A DNA stretch of 63,097 nucleotides, counting the filler, from Chiloscyllium plagiosum (lineage: Eukaryota): NCBI RefSeq assembly GCF_004010195.1. It is 7 parts of 7 records of this genome, joined end to end, with 100 filler letters (N's around TTAATTAATTAA, not from the genome) between each part and the next. Parts side by side here need not be neighbours in the genome. Positions count along the whole stretch, not along the records: positions 50,231 to 60,291 come from NW_025205094.1; positions 60,392 to 61,641 come from NW_025141690.1; positions 61,742 to 63,097 come from NC_057753.1; 4 more parts are not named here. One strand, 5' to 3'. The notes beneath the pieces were generated by a model. It was not told the origin of the DNA. It ran no database searches and worked only from the letters and a program-made list of their open reading frames with translations. Positions 50,231 to 62,306 of this stretch are shown here, piece after piece. The first letter of the stretch is position 1. Each line of letters begins with the position of its first letter. Position numbers and translations under genes: made by a program.

Positions 50231-53200
50231 CCCCACTGTCACTGACTCCAATCTCCCCCTGTCGGATATAAACCAACCAACAGTCACTGCCACCAATCTC
50301 CCCCTGTCTGATATAATCCAACCCAACAAACACAGAACACAATCTCCCCCGTTTGATATAAACCAGCCCCACAGTCACAGACAACAATTTCCCCTTCTCT
50401 GATATAAACCAGCCCCACTGAGACAGACACAATCTCGACCTGACTGATATAAACCAGCACTACAGTCACTGACACCAATCACCTCCTTTAATGTATAAAC
50501 CAGCCCCACAGACACTGACACCAATCTCCCCCTGTCTGATATAAACCAGCCCCACAGACGCTGACAACAATCTCCCCCTGTCTGAGATAAACCAGCCCCA
50601 CATTCACTGATACCAATCTTCCCCTGTCTGATATAAACCAGCCCCACAGTCACTGACGCCAATATCCCCTTGTCTGGTATAAACCAGCCCCACAGAGACA
50701 TATACCAATCTCAGCTGTCTAATATAAACCAACCCCACAGTCACTGACACCAATCTCCCCCTGTCTGATATAAACCAGACCCACAGTCACTGACACCAAT
50801 CTCCCCCGTCTGATATAAACCATCCCAACAGACACTGACACCAATCTCCCTCTTTCTGATATAAACCATCCCCACAGACAATGACACCAATCTCCCTGTC
50901 TGATATAAACCAGCCCCACAGTCACTGACACCAATCTCCCCCTGTCTGATATAAACCAGACCCACAGTCACTGACACCAGTCTCCCCCTGTCTGATGTAA
51001 ACCAGCCCCACAGTCACTGACACCAATCTCTGCCTGTCTGATATGACCCAGCTCCACAGACACTGACACCAATCTCTGCCTGTCTGATATTACCCAGCTC
51101 CACAGACACTGAAACCAATCTCCCCCTGTCTGATAAAACCCAGCCCCACAGTCACTGACACCAATCTCTGCCTGTCTGATATAACCCAGCTCCACAGACA
51201 CTGACACCAATCTCTGCCTGTCTGATATAACCCAGCTCCACAGACAGTGACACCAATCTCCCCCTGTCTGATATAAACCAACCCCACAGTCACTGACACA
51301 AATGTCCCCCTCTCAGATATAACCCAGCCCCACAGTCACTGACACCAATCACCTCCTGTATGATATAAACCAGCCCCACAGACACTGACACCAATCTCCC
51401 CCTCTCTGATATAAACCAGCCCCACAGTCACTGATACCAATCTTCCCCTGTCTGATATAAACCAGCCCCACAGTCACTGACTCCAATTTCCCCTTGTCTG
51501 ATACAAACCAGCCCCACAGAGACATATACCAATCTCAGCCTGTCTGATATAAACCAGCCCCACAGTCACTGACACCAATCTCCCCCTGTTTGATATAAAC
51601 CAGCCCCACAATCACTGATGCCAATCTCCCCCTGTCAGATATAAACCCGCCCCACAGAAACTGACGCCAATCTCCCCCTGTCTGATGTAAATCAATCCAA
51701 AGTGATTGACACCAATCTCCCCCTGTCTGATACAATCCAAAGTGATTGACACCAATCTCCCCCTGTCTGATATGAACCAGTCCCACAGTCACTGACACCA
51801 ATGTCCCCTGTATGATATAAACCAGCTCAACAGTCACTGACACAGGAATGCTGCCTAAATTGCTGTGCGCTTCCAGCACAACTAATCCAGAATCTGGTTT
51901 CCAGCATCTGCAGTCATTGTTTTTACCAATCTCGCCCTGTCTGATATATACCAGCCCCACAGTTCCTGACACCAATCTCCCCTTGTCTAATATAAACCAG
52001 CTCCACTGTCGCCGACTCGAATCTCCCCCTGTCCGATATAAACCAACCCACAGTCCCTGACACCAGTCTCCCCTTGTCTGATATAAACCAGCCCCACTGT
52101 CACTGACTCCAATCTCCCCCTGTCCGAGAAAACCAACCAACAGTCAGTGACCCCAATTTCCCCTGTCTGATGTAAACCATCCCCACAGTCCCTGCCACCA
52201 ATCTCTCACTATCTGATATAATCCAGCCCAACAAACACAGAACACAATCTCCCCCGTTTGATATAAACCAGCCCCACAGTCACTGACAACAATTTCCCCT
52301 TCTCTGATATAAACCAGCCCCACTGAGACAGACACAATCTCTACCTGTCTGATATAAACCAGCACGACAGTCACTGACACCAATCACCTCCTGTATGATA
52401 TAAACCAGCCCCACAGACACTGACACCAATCTCTCCCTGTCTGATATAAACCAGCCTCAAAAACGCTGACAACAATCTCCGCCTGTCTGATATAAACCAG
52501 CCCCACAGTCACTGTTACCAATCTTCCCCTATCTGATATAAACCAGCCCCTCAGTCATGACACCAATCTCCCCTTGTCTGATATAAACCAGCTCCACTGT
52601 CACTGACATCAATCTCCCACTGTCTGATATAAACCATCCCCACTGACACTGACACCAATCTCCCCTTGTCTGATATAAACCAGCCCCACAGTCACGGACA
52701 CCAATCTCCCTCTGTCTGATATAAACCAGCCCCACAGTCACTGACACCAATTTCCCCCTGTCTGATATTAACCAACCCACAATCACTGACACCAATCTCC
52801 CCCTGTTTGATATAAACCAGCCCCACAGTCACTGACACCAATCTCCTCCTGTCAGATATAAACCTGTCCCACATACACTGGCATTAATCTCCCCTTGTCT
52901 GATATAAATCAGCCCCACAGTGCCTGACACCAATCTCCCACTGTCTGATGTAAACCAGACCCACAGTCACTGACACCAATCTCCTCCTATCTGATATAAA
53001 CGACACCCACAGTCTCTGACACCAATCTCGCCCTGTCTGATATAAATCAGCCCCACAGACTCTGACACCAATCTCTGCCTGTCTGATATATACCAGCCCC
53101 ACAGTCCCTGATTCCCATCTCCCCCTTGTCTGATATAAACCAGCCCCACAGTCAGTGATACCAAACTCCCCCGGTCTGATATAAACCAGCACCACAGTCA

Positions 53201-54850
53201 CTGACACCAATCTCCCCCTGTCTGATATAACCTAGCCCCACAGACACTGACACCAATCTCCCCCTGTCTGATATAAACCAGCCCAACACACACTGAAACC
53301 AATCTCCCCCTGTCTGATATAAACCAGCCCCACAGTCACTGACACCAATCTCCCCCTGTCTGATATAAACCAGCCTCACAGACAATGACACCAATCTACC
53401 CCTGTCTGATATAAAGCAGATCCACAATCACTGTTACCAATCCCCTCCTGTCTGATATAAACCAGCCCCACAGACACTGACACCAATTTCACCCTGTCTG
53501 ATATAAACCAGTCCACAGTCCTTGACACCAATCTGCCCCTGTCTGATATCATCCAGCGACACGGTCACTGACACCAATCTCTGCCTGGCTGATATACACC
53601 AGCCCCACTGTCACTGACACCAGTCTCCCCCGTCTGATATAAACCAGCCCCACAGTAACTGACACCAATGCCCCCTGTATGATATAAACCAGCTGCACAG
53701 ACACTGACGCCAATCTCCCCTTGTCTGATATAAACCAACCCACAGTCACTGACACCAATCCCTGCCTGTCAGATATAAACCAGCCCCACAGACACTGACA
53801 CCAATATCACCCTGTCTGATATAAACCAGTCCACAGTCCCTGACACCAATCTCCCCCTGTCCGATGTAATCCAGCCCCACGGTCACTGACGCCAATCTCT
53901 GCCTGTCTGATATAACCTAGCCCCTCAGTCACTGACACCAATCTCCCCCTGTCTGATATAAACCAACCTACAGTCCCTGACACCAATCTCCCCCTGTCTG
54001 ATATTAACCAGCCCCACAGTCACTGACACCAATCTCCCCTGTCTGATATAAACCGGCCCCACAGACACTGACACCAACCTCTGCCTGTCTGATATAAACC
54101 AACTCACAGTCACTGACAGGGGAATGCTGCCCGAATTGCTGTGCTCTTCCAGCACCACTGGTCCAGAATCTGGTTTCCAGCATCTGCAGTCATTGTTTTT
54201 TTCCAATCTCACCCTGTCTGATATATACCAGCCCCACAGTCCCTGACACCAATCTCCCATTGTCTGATATAAACCAGACCCACAGGCACTGATACAAATC
54301 TCCCCATGTTTGATATAAACCAGCCCCACTGTCACTGACTCCAATCTCCCCCTGTCCGATATAAACCAACCCACAGTCCCTGACACCAATCTCCCTCTAT
54401 CTGATATAATCCAGCCCAACAGACATAGACCACAATCTCCCCCTGTCTGATATAAACCAGCCCCGCAGTCACTGACACCAATCTCCCCCTGTCTGATATA
54501 AAACAGCCACACCGACACTGACAGCAATCTCCCTCTGTCTGATATAAACCAGCCCCACAGTCACTGACAACAATCTCCCCCTGTCTGATATAAACCAGCC
54601 CCGCAGTCACTGACACCAATGTGAACCATATGCACTTAAGAAGTTGTTTGAAAACGTCTATCACAGTAGATACGCGAGTAAATTTTATAAATCATTGATC
54701 AAAGGGGTCACTGACACCAATCTCCCCCTGTCTGATATAAACCAGACCCACAGTCACCGACACCAATCTCCCCCTGTTTGATATAAACCATCCCCACAGT
54801 CACTGACACCAATCTCCCCCTGTTTGATATAAACCAGCCCCAGAGACACT
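50231..54850. repeat. 46-bp satellite array, roughly 95 copies
   Basis: Unit CCCCACAGTCACTGACACCAATCTCCCCCTGTCTGATATAAACCAG, with higher-order duplicated blocks (50231-50700 resembles 52090-52530). Confidence 0.95.
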
Positions 54851-55139
54851 GTGTTATATCAGACAGCATTGTGTAGTTTCAAACTTTGCTTATCCTCTCT
54901 CTCTGAAAGAGCTTGTTCTTATGGTTAATTATTTTCTTGATTATTTCAGAAACTATGTCTAAAAATCCCTATTTTTAACAAAATTTCAAAGATTATTAAA
55001 AGTTGCAGCCCTGGAATTTCCTACAGTGAGCTTTGTGGTATTTAAATGTTCTGGTCAAAAATTGCTTCAAGCAGAAGACTTAATCATTGGTTTCTCCGAG
55101 TTCTCAGCCATTGCCCTTGCAGTTCCATAATAACTGTAA

Positions 55140-55660
55140 GCCCCAGAGAGAACAGAATGTCCAGGCCCTGTGCACACACAAACCCTCCGTTTCTTCCTGT
55201 CATGCCAACCCACGCAGTACATGCTCAACCTCAACTACATTTCCTTTCAATCCTCCCACTTCCTCCAAACCAAAGGGGTAGCCATGAACACCTGCATGAA
55301 CCCCAGCTATGCCTACTTCTTCGTCAGATATGTGGAGCAGTCAATCTTCCACAGCTATACTGGTATCATTGCCCACCTTTACCACCGCTACATTGATGAC
55401 TGTATCAACGCCACCTCATGATACCACGAGGAGGTTGAACAGTTCATCAACTTTAATAAGACCTTCCACCCTGACCTAAACTTCACAGGGACCATCTCGG
55501 ACACCTCCCTCCCTTTCCTAGACCTCTCCACCTCTATCTCCAGTGACCGACTAAACATTTACAACAATCCCACTGACTCCCACAGCTACCTGGACTACAC
55601 TCCTCCCACCCGACCTCCTGTAAAAATGCCATCACTTATTATCAATTCCTCTGCCTCCAC
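55140..55660 (+). mobile_element. Penelope-like RT fragment
   Basis: HFLQTKGVAM...PSYA...RYIDDCI...LPFLDL. Confidence 0.8.
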
Positions 55661-58468
55661 CAGACGATGCCTGGGACAACATCACTTTATTCAACTAAAG
55701 TCAGCAATATACATTCACAATATGAAAGGCAGAAACTGTACTTTTACCCAGATCAGCCAGTTTCATCTGCAGACAGACACAAATTAATATTCAGACCATT
55801 GCACAGAAGATAGATGAGCACTCACAACTTTGGAAATGATTTTGTTTGATAAAAGAATCCATCGTAAACATCCTCAGAACAATTCGTGTCAACAAACTTG
55901 TTTTTTTTGTGTGTGAGGTAGCGCACGAAATGTTACTTTAATCCGATTGATGTGAACCATATGCACTTAAGAAGTTGTTTGAAAACGTCTATCACAGTAG
56001 ATACGCGAGTAAATTTTATAAATCATTGATCAAAGGGGACAATCTTTTTTGGATTCGAGGAAGATCCACAGTGATATTTTGTAAATGTTTGGAGCTGGGA
56101 TTGTTTTCAATTTTTGACTAAGACATTGGTGTATTTTCCCTATGGTGGGGGATTTCAACAATAGGGAACATGTTTTTCCAATGAGAGGAGAAACATTTTA
56201 AACAGGATATCAGAGACAACCTTTTACACAGAGAATGGTTTGTGTGTGGGATGATTTGGTGGTGGATACTTACAACCTTTAGAAGACATTTGGATCAGTA
56301 AACGACTATCAAATGTTTGGATGGATATGGGCCAAGTACACACAGGTGGGATTAGTTTAGTTTGGGATTATGACTGGCATGGACTAGTTGGACCGAAGGG
56401 TCTGTAACCATGCTGTATCACTCCATGACTCTATGACTATTTATCATTTTTTCTCAATATTAAAAAGTGCTGTAGTGATCCTTGAATGAACTGTTGATGT
56501 TTAGGTTGTGTCTGAGACTCTGCGAATATTTCCTTCAATGAGAGGAGTGACTACTTCTCCAAGTTACACAACTGAAAATAACCTTTTCTCCAGCATTGTT
56601 GCTGAGTCGTATTGTTTCTGCGGAGGCGGTGGTTATAGTTTGTAGTTGGCTTTCCACCAACTGGTCAACCGTGAGACAAAATATCTTTGATCCACTGCAG
56701 AAACTCCACCTGCTTCCAGTAAATGAAACTGGGAACTCAAGGACCTTTTCTGNNNNNNNNNNNNNNNNNNNNNNNNNNNNNNNNNNNNNNNNNNNNNNNN
56801 NNNNNNNNNNNNNNNNNNNNNNNNNNNNNNNNNNNNNNNNNNNNNNNNNNNNNNNNNNNNNNNNNNNNNNNNNNNNNNNNNNNNNNNNNNNNNNNNNNNN
56901 NNNNNNNNNNNNNNNNNNNNNNNNNNNNNNNNNNNNNNNNNNNNNNNNNNNNNNNNNNNNNNNNNNNNNNNNNNNNNNNNNNNNNNNNNNNNNNNNNNNN
57001 NNNNNNNNNNNNNNNNNNNNNNNNNNNNNNNNNNNNNNNNNNNNNNNNNNNNNNNNNNNNNNNNNNNNNNNNNNNNNNNNNNNNNNNNNNNNNNNNNNNN
57101 NNNNNNNNNNNNNNNNNNNNNNNNNNNNCTCAAAGTAAATTAACAAAATTGAATTGGTTCAGACTCACATCACTTGTTACACCATTCTCTGATTCATGTA
57201 TCTCATTAAAACTGAGTGGGCCCTTTATACATGTTTAACAGTGGTGTAGTGTAACAGCGAATTTTTTGCTGATTTTTATGAGTTAACTGCCCTGTCAGAG
57301 CTATCAGTGAGCAGAGAAATGTACTGTTTATAACCTACATTCGTGGTAATTATTACTGTAATACTCTCTAATTTAACCAAACATTCCTGATGTACCCAGA
57401 CTGTTACATGCAATGGTTTAGACGTTGAGGATTTAAAAAAAAACTTATGGACTGTCTTGTTCTAGTTCATTAGATGCTCTTTCAAAAGTTTACCTCGGTG
57501 TTATGTATCACTGCGGACTCACATTTTGTTTCTCAGGCACACAGCTTTCCTTTACTGTGCATTTTAGTGTTGGAGCAATTTGAAAAAAAAAGATGCAAAG
57601 AGAGACAGTCTGCAATGTAAGGAGGTGCTTCTCATCTCCGGGTCCAAACTGTTTAGTGACATACACTCACATTCTGAACATAATCATTTTAGACATGCTC
57701 CATATTAGGTTGCCGAAACTGAATTTAGAAACGCAGATTAGAAATGATATGTTATTTAGTAATGTGAGAGAGACTTTGAGTGACAGCAAAAATAAAGTCA
57801 TTCATTTTGTTGGCTAATAATATTATTGAAGTTCTTTTTAGCTTTATCTGCTTGTGGTGGAATGCAGGATTAAAGGGAGTTAACTTCTAATTGAATATTC
57901 TAAATATAATCACTTTGGACACGCTCTGTATTCAGTTGCCTAAATTTAATTTTGAAATGTTTCATATGAATTACATGTTATTTTGAGTGCGACAGAGACT
58001 TGCAGTATCCAGGGAAGAAAAGCTCAACTGTTTTATTAGCTAGTTATATGTTTGAACTTTAATTTTAGTTTTATCTGCTTGTGAATGAAGGTAGAAATAA
58101 AGGGAGCTAACTTCCAGTTGAATTTGTTTTTTTTTAAACAAAATACATGCAACTATCATGTGAAACAGAACTGAAGCTACTCAAATTTACTTCCAAAGAA
58201 GCTATTCAGCAAAACCAATATCCCAAGATGTGTCTGTGTCCATGTTTAAGCAGAACCTCATGTAAAGACATGATCCCATGTGTTCGGGCTGGACAAGCTG
58301 ATACCAGGATCCAGTCTGAGCCTCCAGCAGGAAACCAACACGCGGAAGCTTTCAGCCTGCCCCTTCCGATGGCCATATAAATCCTGGGCACTAGACCGTA
58401 ATTCAACACTCCTGGGTCGGATCTGTTTAGAAAGATCTTAGCAGAACCGCTTCCCACAAGTTATCAGA

Positions 58469-58517
58469 ATGATTGTGTCGACACTTTTTCTCAGTTTGTT
58501 ACTGACTTTCTTGTCAT
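58469..58517 (+). CDS. IgH (IgM-type) leader exon
   Basis: MIVSTLFLSLLLTFLS plus T, then GTGAGT. TATAAA at 58376-58381. Confidence 0.9.
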
Positions 58518-58644
58518 GTGAGTGTTTTTTGTTCAAGTCTCTTTTTGTGACTGTCTCAATGTTAGTCTACGGCAGGAATGAAAAAGACTCAGCCATCATT
58601 TCATCAGCATTAATGCTCATGGTTTATTTGTTTTCTTTTTAAAG

Positions 58645-58949
58645 GTGTCCAGTCGGAGGTTGTTTTGACCCAGCCAGAGGCAGAGACTGGCCGTCCCGCA
58701 GGCAGCCTGAAACTGACCTGTAAAACCAGCGGCTTCAATCTTGGCAGCTACTACATGCACTGGGTCCGACAGGTTCCCGGACAGGGTCTGGCGTGGCTGC
58801 TGTACTACTATAGTTCATCGGACAATAGCTATGCACCAGCGATTAAGGGCCGATTTACTGCGTCCAAAGACACTTCAAACAACATTTTCGCGTTGGACAT
58901 GGAGAACCTGAAGATGGAAGACACCGCCATCTATTACTGTGCAAGAGAA
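58645..58949 (+). CDS. IGHV: Germline IgM-type VH segment
   Basis: [14 protein letters not shown]...[29 protein letters not shown]...[22 protein letters not shown]...[10 protein letters not shown]; open frame, typical shark IgM VH. Confidence 0.93.
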
Positions 58950-58988
58950 CACAGCGGGAGGAACCAGGGCTGGACCCGTTCAAAAACA
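58950..58988 (+). other. 23-RSS of VH
   Basis: CACAGCG -23- TCAAAAACA. Confidence 0.9.
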
Positions 58989-59347
58989 GCTTGAGGGAAC
59001 ATTTTGTCAATTCCATCATAAACTGACGGTCAGTACGAGTTTTAAATGCAATTATACCAACTGCGATCTGAAGCAGACCTCAGGCTGCCTCTTACAAAAC
59101 TATCAAAGAGGAAATGTACCATTTAAACTAGCAAACTGGTGACACAATGGGACAATGTTTTGGGCATCTCATATGTACGCTAACACTTCCATCAATTAAA
59201 TGCTCGGACAAAATGTTCGTTTTAATATATCTGACAGCTCAGGAAATCACTGCTCATTGTTATGTCAACTATGGCATCAATTCTAAACATGAACAGTACT
59301 AAATGGCTCTTTCAAATGAAAATTGAGACCTCGAGTAAAGAACAGAG

Positions 59348-59427
59348 AATGAGTGTACTGGTCTACATCATTGTGATACTACAGTGGGTCACAGTGTTGT
59401 GCACAGCGACATCCTCATACAAAAACC
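59348..59427 (+). other. DH1 segment (ATACTACAGTGGGT, 59376-59389) with 12-RSS and 22-RSS
   Basis: AATGAGTGT (degenerate) -12- CATTGTG [D1] CACAGTG -22- ACAAAAACC. The core resembles shark IgM D1. Confidence 0.88.
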
Positions 59428-59728
59428 ACTGAAAAGTGTTTATCTCAAATTGGTGATTTCTACCATGGCAGGTGTGAGAAATAATGTGAGATGCAATTTA
59501 AACGCAATCCGGTAGTGCTAGTTTGTACAAGTGTATAATTTTTCTACCTTCTTCGTGTTGATTGTCAAGTTCAATGCAGACCAAACGTGGAAAAGTATTC
59601 CAAGCTTTCAAAATACAATGGATCGTAAAAGCTGGAATAACACACTGAATCATTTTTAAAGGAGTCTGAATCACTGCTTTCTAGGAAGTGAAGAAATTCT
59701 CTGCATTTTACAGTTTACAGTCTGTCAT

Positions 59729-59805
59729 AGTATTTGACACAATGTGTCTCACAGTGATATAGCTGGAGGACTGGGGCCAAGGGACCATGGTGACAGTGAC
59801 TTCAG
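59729..59805 (+). other. 12-RSS followed by a fused DH2-JH segment (59757-59805)
   Basis: AGTATTTGA -12- CACAGTG, then ATATAGCTGGA running directly into G-GACTGGGGCCAAGGGACCATGGTGACAGTGACTTCAG and GTAAG (WGQGTMVTVTS), with no intervening RSS. Confidence 0.8.
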
Positions 59806-60848
59806 GTAAGACCCTTGAACTTTCTTAGTGACTTTTTCAAAACTTTCTATTCATGTGACTAATTTCTGAATTAAATGAAACTCAGATTCTGTGCTGAGTT
59901 TGGTTTGGTTCGGATTGATTTTTGTTCAGACTGATTACAGACTTCAGTTAAGGCTCAGCAAATAGTTACAATGGGGATGATGGAGTCAGTTGCTCGTTGT
60001 ATCTCTTTTGTTGATCAGATAGGCATTCTGTGTGGCTGGGTTACTTGAAACACCTAATGTCTCTTAATCAGTCAGCTATAAATAATGCTTAATGTCAGTG
60101 ACACCCTGACTGTGAGTTTTATTATCAACAACAAACGCTAAGAATTCAAAGATGTTCGAGATATTACTAAGCATGATTAAAATATGCTAAAATATCATTA
60201 TTCACTTCGTGAATATATGTTCTTACCCTGATTATATTTTCTCATTTATTTTGTTAATTTGTTGATGACAAGCAGGTTAGAAACTGTCATANNNNNNNNN
60301 NNNNNNNNNNNNNNNNNNNNNNNNNNNNNNNNNNNTTAATTAATTAANNNNNNNNNNNNNNNNNNNNNNNNNNNNNNNNNNNNNNNNNNNNCACTATTTA
60401 CGATTGGTATGTTCCAATCAAATTGAATTTTAAAGTGTCTTAAATTTACATTTCCAATTGGTGTAATTTGGCAGTTTAAAACTGGCATGAATTTTGTTAG
60501 AATGTCCAATTGGGGGAATCAAAAACACCAAGTTCAAAACTCGTGCCCTACCCTTGACATAAAATGGACATTGTCAGATTTTGTCACAGAGGGATTTAGG
60601 ATGAATAAGGTACTTGGTGGAATCCTGCAATGAGTGAGCTTTACTCTGTCTCTGACCCAGGGTGTATCTGAGCAGAGAACATTAACTGCACAAGACACTC
60701 ATTCTAGACCTGCTAATAATCCACTTTAACTACACAGATGGAATGTAAGTCAGAGTGAGAAACAACTAATTCAGTATTTAACTCACAGCTGGAGGAAAAA
60801 AAAAACTTCATTACTTCTGTTGAATTATTAAATGCAACTTTGAGATTT

Positions 60849-61240
60849 TTATTGACATGAATTAACAGTGTCCATCAGTGCAAGTGAAATGTTTACAAAA
60901 CTCGGTTTACCGCTGGATTTATCGACTGTTCTGTTGATGATCTTCAATGGAATCGCTTCGTGTCCCACCACACAGGAGTAAGAAGCACCGCTGGCCCACT
61001 CCTCCACTGTAATGGATAACAGGCTGTAGATGAAGAAGGAGGTGTTGTCGCTCTCCGCCATCACCTCAGTGTTCTTGTAGTTACTGGGATTCACAGGCTT
61101 GTCATTGCTTGTCCACTTGACGAAGATCTCTCGGGGGGAGAAACCTCTCACTAAACAGGTGAGGGAGAGAAACCTCTGAGCGGAGATTTCTTCTGTTGGT
61201 GGCACCAGGACCGACACTGACGGCTCCAGCGGATTAATCA
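60849..61240 (-). CDS. IGHM: IgM heavy-chain CH4 plus secretory tailpiece exon
   Basis: ctgcag acceptor; PSVSVL.PP.E...[19 protein letters not shown]...[43 protein letters not shown]. Tailpiece has an NIS glycan site and a penultimate Cys. Internal G/GTAAAC donor for the membrane form at 60905-60911. Confidence 0.92.
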
Positions 61241-62306
61241 CTGCAGAATATTTGAGACAAATATAAATCAACCAAAAAAATCCTGAACCAATATCACAAT
61301 TTCACTAAATATTAAAATACGCCATGTTTAATTTGAGATTTATTCACTTTTTTTTTGTAAAGGAGCAGTATGTTACACATTCTGTTCAGTAAAAAAAGGA
61401 AAGTTTAATGTGAAAGTTGCCTCCATGTTTCCAGCCCACAACGAGGACATTCTGGCAATTTGTCATTGCTGCTGATGACGTCACAACCCAGGTTTCTTCC
61501 CACCTTATCTGACTTAATCAGAATATAATATCCTTTGGTCCATCTTTTCCTTAATCAGCTACTTAGCTATCCTGCCTTCAGATGCATCATTGATGCTCCC
61601 AGCGGTGCTGGTTCAGTTCCAATCAAAGCCTGCCATTGATGNNNNNNNNNNNNNNNNNNNNNNNNNNNNNNNNNNNNNNNNNNNNTTAATTAATTAANNN
61701 NNNNNNNNNNNNNNNNNNNNNNNNNNNNNNNNNNNNNNNNNGGTGGATGGGAAGGAGGAGGAAGTGAAGGATTGAGGGAGGGTGGAGAGACGGATGGAGA
61801 GCAGGAGAAAGGGCCCGGAGAGAGGCATGGAGGGTTAGGGAAAGGGAATGGAGAGAGGGATGGGGAGAGGTGTGGTTGGAGAGAGGTGTGAATGGAGAGA
61901 GGGCAAGAAGGAGTGGGACAGAGAAAGGGATAGATAGAGTTGTGGATGGGAGCAGTTGACAGTGTGTTTAGTGTGTGTATGGTGCCTGGTGCGTTCTGAT
62001 GCTCTCGGATCCAAGTCGGGGGGCAGAGGGGAAGGGCACATCTCGGTCATACCATGTTGATCGTTTGTTTAATTGTAACCATCGCAGATAAGCAGCGGGG
62101 GAACTTTCTTTCTCTGACGGTGATGGGCCTGAGGTTTCTCCTCTTCAAGAGCGTCGCTATCAATCTGCTGATGACTGCCCGGGCTTGGCTTCCCTAAGGT
62201 GGGTCCCATCTCCCCTCAGCTCTCACCTCGCTCCCCCCCCCCCCCCCCCCCACCACCCACCGTCTGTCTGCAATCCCACCATTTCCCCAATCTTCTCCAT
62301 TTTTGG

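Noticed and set aside
50231-54850. CRISPR-like array or repeat-protein ORFs
   Set aside because: Head-to-tail satellite with no regular unique spacers and no cas genes in a vertebrate context. The ORFs shift frame with the 46-bp period.
58469-61240. VH-D-J and CH4 as one contiguous IgM gene
   Set aside because: They are on opposite strands, separated by an artificial spacer, and CH1-CH3 are absent.
60849-61240. IgNAR or IgW terminal exon
   Set aside because: The sequence matches recalled shark IgM CH4 and tailpiece ([36 protein letters not shown]).
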